Shown here in pieces: positions 28,190 to 32,000 of a stretch of 32,000 nucleotides of DNA. Where the stretch lies: contig JAIZWK010000001.1 of NCBI GenBank assembly GCA_021498095.1, positions 2,460,001-2,492,000 on the forward strand, read 5' to 3'. The notes beneath the pieces were generated by a model, which was not told the origin of the DNA, did not search any database, and saw only the letters and a list, made by a program, of their open reading frames with translations. How positions within the stretch are numbered: position 1 is the first letter of the stretch; each line of letters starts with the position of its first letter. Origin of the DNA: Candidatus Harpocratesius repetitus (GTDB taxonomy: Archaea > Asgardarchaeota > Lokiarchaeia > Sigyniarchaeales > Promethearchaeaceae). Position numbers and translations under genes: made by a program.

Positions 28190-28209
28190 TAAATGAATTA
28201 TGTTCATTA
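28190..28209. promoter_or_regulatory. Candidate operator TAAATGAA-N5-TTCATTA, copy 2
   Basis: TAAATGAATTATGTTCATTA, 70 bp upstream of the leftward opp operon. Confidence 0.6.
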
Positions 28210-28436
28210 GAAAAAGAATAAAATGTCAATCAGGTCAAATAATTCTTTTAATTATTCGTTAAAAACAGTTATTAAATTGTAATAAAGATTGATAAAATTG
28301 AAAACAATAATAATAGATATCTGGAAATAGTTTTTAAACAATATTGTAAATTGAATTAATAAAGATTATAAGGATGTTTTCATAAAATCTTGAGTACTAG
28401 CGCTTTTTTATAATAAAGTAAAAATAAAATAAATTA

Positions 28437-28456
28437 TAAATGAATATTATTCATTA
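28437..28456. promoter_or_regulatory. Candidate operator TAAATGAA-N5-TTCATTA, copy 3
   Basis: TAAATGAATATTATTCATTA in the divergent opp/oppA intergenic region. Confidence 0.6.
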
Positions 28457-28807
28457 ATAAATAATCAAATTACAACTAAATCATTAGAATAAAATCATAT
28501 TTTTTAATGTAATTCGCAAATATGAAATATATGACTTTCAGATTTAACATGATATATTAAATTTACAATTTGAAATTAGAAAACAAAATAGGACAAGACA
28601 TTTCATTTGTTTACCAAAGATTTTTAAATATATTTGTCAATGGAAGAAATAGATAACTTGTATTCATTTATATAGGTTATCAATTTAGATTTCAATCATT
28701 ATTTTCTAAACGAAAAATCTATTGATGTGGAAACATCTTTGGTGTTTTTTTTTAGTGGCGAAAAATTCTTGGAAATGATTTTAATTCAAAAATTGGAATG
28801 AGCAATA

Positions 28808-30661
28808 ATGAATAAAACAAAAAAAACTATGATTTTTGGATTGTTGTTGGGGTTTTTAATGGTTATGGCTATGCAAACTCATGAAAGATATTATGATTTT
28901 TCAAAATTAGGAATTCCTGATAGTGCAGAAGATTCTGATGAACTTTCGTTTACATATGCCTCAAAATTATCCGCTGAGATGGATACATTTGATCCAATGT
29001 TTTTTACATTGAATACGGAACAACATATAATTAATCAAGTAGCAGAACCTTTATTTGGGAAATTATCAACAGATGGTGATTATGAACCAATTCTTGCAGA
29101 CTCAATTACTCAAATTGATACTGTTACCTATAAAGTCTCATTGAAAGAAAATATCACCTTTCAAGATGGAAGTGAAATGAATGCCAGTGCAGTTGAATGG
29201 AATTTTCGACGATTGTATAATGCGGTAACTTATTTATCTTCTAGTTTAGCAGATACAATGTACATTTCTTCTGATATTTTTCGAGGATTAAGTTATCTTG
29301 ACTTGAGTTGGGTTCCAGAAGGTGCACCTGTTTATATTATAAACGAAACAAAAGTAATTGATAATTATAATGTAGAATTTAAATTGAATGTTCCTTATGA
29401 TATTTATTCGATTTTCGAAGATGTATTCATTATCTCACCGACAACTCATGCAGATTTTATTAATGCAACAATGACTACGGACGATGGATTAGTTGGAACT
29501 GGAGCTTACACCATTGAGAGTTATTCAGTAACAGAGAGTGAAGTTATACTTAAAGCTTATGAAAACTATTGGGGTGGAGCTCCTGATGTTAAAAAATTAA
29601 TCTTTTCTTTTGTTGAAAATGATGATGCACGACACATTTCATTTTTGGCGGGAGAAATTGATATGATTGATGCTCCAGATAATGATCAACTTAAAGATGC
29701 TGAAAACATCACAATCATGGAAGCTGGTGCAGATCCTTCATCCTTTTATATTGCTTTATTTGATACAATTGATATAAAAGTTAGAGAAGCTTTGAATTTT
29801 GCATTTGATTATAATTATATAATAGAAGAAGTTAAAGCAAATGCCTCAGTCCGATCTGGTGGAGCAATTTTTAAATCTGTTGATTACCATAATGATACTT
29901 TGGATTTACCAGGATATGATTTAGAATATGCAAGACAAGTCCTCATAGATGCAGGAATCGCACCGTCATCAGCAGATTCATGGTCAGATACTGATTGGCA
30001 AACAATAGCTGATGGAGAATCTCCATTATATTCAATCAAAATTGGTTATATTTCACCATTATTTGATGATTATATTGTTGTTTTTAATGATGCTTGCCGA
30101 AATTTGGGAATTAAACTTGATTCTATTTCATATGATCAAGCCAATTTCATTGGATTTATCACTTCAAATAGCGACGAGGATATTAAAAATACTTTTGATT
30201 GTTTTGTAATGGGAGTCGGCTTTGGAACATCTATCTACCATCTATTAATGCGTTTGCACTTAAGTACAGGATTCTTTAATATTGCTACTCTCAATGATAC
30301 AATAGTAGATGATTTGATCAACGATTTCTTAACTGCAAGTAATAATGCAGAACGTCAAGATATTGCAAATCAAATTGCAGATCGAATTCAAAATGTTCTT
30401 TTTGCATATATTTGGATTGATCAAGCAAAAAACCAAATTGCATATCAAAATAAATGGACTGGAATAAATCCATATATCTTTCTTAGTCGAACTGTAAAAT
30501 TAGCTGGGAGCTCTTCAGATGATACTGGAAATGATGATTCTGGTGAAAAAATAGGAATTCCTGGATATTCAACTGGTTTTATAGGAATTGCTGGAATGCT
30601 TTCAATATTATTCATAACTCGTAAACGAAAACAGAACAACATAAAAACAAACAAATTGTAA
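28808..30661 (+). CDS. oppA: Peptide ABC transporter substrate-binding protein (family 5) with a Loki-CTERM-like C-terminal anchor
   Basis: Signal peptide, TFDP, EPLF...LA, L.ENITFQDGS..NASAV.WNF, VGTGAY, ENYWGG, VREALNFAFD. Ends with a D/G/S-rich linker + IPGY + TM helix + RKRK. Confidence 0.9.
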   Translation: MNKTKKTMIFGLLLGFLMVMAMQTHERYYDFSKLGIPDSAEDSDELSFTYASKLSAEMDTFDPMFFTLNTEQHIINQVAEPLFGKLSTDGDYEPILADSITQIDTVTYKVSLKENITFQDGSEMNASAVEWNFRRLYNAVTYLSSSLADTMYISSDIFRGLSYLDLSWVPEGAPVYIINETKVIDNYNVEFKLNVPYDIYSIFEDVFIISPTTHADFINATMTTDDGLVGTGAYTIESYSVTESEVILKAYENYWGGAPDVKKLIFSFVENDDARHISFLAGEIDMIDAPDNDQLKDAENITIMEAGADPSSFYIALFDTIDIKVREALNFAFDYNYIIEEVKANASVRSGGAIFKSVDYHNDTLDLPGYDLEYARQVLIDAGIAPSSADSWSDTDWQTIADGESPLYSIKIGYISPLFDDYIVVFNDACRNLGIKLDSISYDQANFIGFITSNSDEDIKNTFDCFVMGVGFGTSIYHLLMRLHLSTGFFNIATLNDTIVDDLINDFLTASNNAERQDIANQIADRIQNVLFAYIWIDQAKNQIAYQNKWTGINPYIFLSRTVKLAGSSSDDTGNDDSGEKIGIPGYSTGFIGIAGMLSILFITRKRKQNNIKTNKL

Positions 30662-30663
30662 GT

Positions 30664-30722
30664 TAATTTCTATTTTTTTTTTTAGGTTTTCTTTTTTTCA
30701 TTAGATTTTTTTTCTTTTTTCC
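30664..30722 (+). terminator. Oligo-T archaeal-type terminator region after oppA
   Basis: Several T7-T11 runs directly after the stop codon. Confidence 0.55.
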
Positions 30723-30975
30723 ATTTTCACTATTTATCTTTACCTTTCTTTAGGCTATTTATTTGTTATAAGACCTGGAACAGTTAATATTACTTTTGTG
30801 TGTTTTCTACTAATAATTGGGATGGAATCTAATATTAATAACAAGTATTTCAAAATAAAAATCAAATTAAGGAATTTGAAAAACAATGGAACCCTTATCT
30901 TATAAAAATTAACGAGCATAGAAATGATTACTTAATAGAATGATGTTGATTCAAAAACTAATGTGATGATTTTTC

Positions 30976-32000
30976 ATGGATGAACAAAATCCCAATCTAT
31001 CTTTCAATCATAATATTACAAAAATAGATGAAAAAGCAAAAGAATCAGAAGATAAACGAAATTTCTCAATGTATATTCAATTCTGGATAGGTCAAGTATT
31101 TTCACTCATGGGTTCCGCAATAGTATCATTTATTATTATTTGGCAGCTTTCAGAAATGGAACCAGGAAATAATACATTAATTTCTGTAGCGTTTTTCGTA
31201 AGCTTTTTTCCACAAATAGTCATTTCTCCACTGGCAGGAGTAATCGCTGATAAAATGAATAAAAAAATAATAATAATAATCAGTGATTTTGCACAAGCGA
31301 CCTTAACCTTGATTTTGATTATTCTATTTGCCTTAGGAGTGGTTGAAATATGGCATATTTTATTATTAATCTTCTTTAGAGGCATTTGTCAAGCATTTCA
31401 AGCCCCGATTTCTATTGCAATTATTCCTCTTATGGTTCCTAAGGATAAAATGACTCGAGTCAATGGTTTAAATTATCTTTTATCCAGCCTAATCAATATG
31501 ATCAGCCCAATTGTTGGAGCATGGCTTTTAATTGTTTTATCGCCTTCTCAAGCATTATGGATCGATATTTTTACATTTTTCATTGCTTTCTTCACAATTA
31601 TCAGAATAAGAATTCCCAAATCAAAAACTGAAACTACTAACTTTGATGAGATTCAAGAAAAACAAAAGAAGATTAGTTTTTTTAGTGAAATAAAGGCAGG
31701 ATTGGATGTAATTCATGATATAAAAGGATTAGGTAGTGTAATTATCATGGCGATTTTTCTGAATTTTATCTTTATGCCTGTTGATGCGTTGATGATTAAT
31801 TTTATAAAAATAAACCACGGAGGCACCAAAGTCGAATTAGGATATTTTATGGCTGCCCTTCAATTAGGAATGTTATTAGGAGCCTTATTAACAATACTTG
31901 TTAAAAAATGGCGGAATTGGTTTGCTTGGATAATTCTTGGGTTAGTAAGTGAAGCATTAGCTTATCTTGCTTTAGGGCTGATTCCAGAAGGTTTCTTTAT
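30976..32000 (+). CDS. MFS transporter (MefA/DHA3 macrolide-efflux-like), 3'-partial
   Basis: Open frame from ATG 30976 to the window edge, absent from the ORF track. WIGQVFSLMGS, motif A-like AGVIADKMNKK, AFQAP, VPKDKMTRVNG. Confidence 0.88.
   Translation, partial: MDEQNPNLSFNHNITKIDEKAKESEDKRNFSMYIQFWIGQVFSLMGSAIVSFIIIWQLSEMEPGNNTLISVAFFVSFFPQIVISPLAGVIADKMNKKIIIIISDFAQATLTLILIILFALGVVEIWHILLLIFFRGICQAFQAPISIAIIPLMVPKDKMTRVNGLNYLLSSLINMISPIVGAWLLIVLSPSQALWIDIFTFFIAFFTIIRIRIPKSKTETTNFDEIQEKQKKISFFSEIKAGLDVIHDIKGLGSVIIMAIFLNFIFMPVDALMINFIKINHGGTKVELGYFMAALQLGMLLGALLTILVKKWRNWFAWIILGLVSEALAYLALGLIPEGFF

Noticed and set aside
20104-30730. Shared CTTTTTT(TT)CCATTTTCAC after two genes (about 20103-20121 and 30714-30730)
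   Set aside because: It is low-complexity and T-rich, and is explained by terminator composition. Two copies are insufficient.
30745-30905. Short hydrophobic open frame between oppA and the MFS gene
   Set aside because: No start codon or recognisable family; probably chance in T-rich DNA.
1-32000. CRISPR array, tRNA, rRNA, integrase or phage genes
   Set aside because: No regularly spaced repeats, cloverleaf with T/D-loop consensus, rRNA-like segment or recombinase motif was found on reading.

Overview
Very AT-rich window, inferred to come from an Asgard archaeon (Lokiarchaeia/Promethearchaeota-like). The inference rests on a Loki-CTERM-type IPGY sorting tail on the OppA-like protein, a longin-like small protein, GGTGA/GGAGG Shine-Dalgarno motifs and oligo-T terminators. 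There are three zones. (1) 1-7830: the 3' part of an ABC exporter gene followed by a ~5.6 kb accessory island bracketed by a diverged direct repeat of the ABC 3' end plus its downstream spacer. The left repeat holds a 550-bp non-autonomous IS derivative (28-bp TIRs, 8-bp TSD). The island holds two decayed IS6/IS1-like DDE transposase genes with an unusual ~160-aa basic, AT-hook-like insertion, an intact three-gene cassette (4-Cys V4R/MetOD1-like protein, small helical protein, longin/roadblock-like protein), a GC-rich candidate structured RNA and a half-dead DUF433/DUF5615 toxin-antitoxin pair. (2) 7889-13446: an LpxL-like acyltransferase, an E2-like acyltransferase lacking the catalytic His, a hybrid sensor kinase, and a 5'-truncated patatin gene between inverted repeats. 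(3) 13455-32000: a peptide-catabolism cluster (two beta-lactamase-family serine hydrolases, Ala-Glu-type dipeptide epimerase, M29 aminopeptidase, TetR, CocE/NonD hydrolase, and an Opp/Dpp ABC system whose two ATPases carry fused membrane domains) sharing a repeated palindromic candidate operator, then a partial MFS gene. No rRNA, tRNA or CRISPR array was seen. All family assignments come from motif recognition by eye; no database searches were run.
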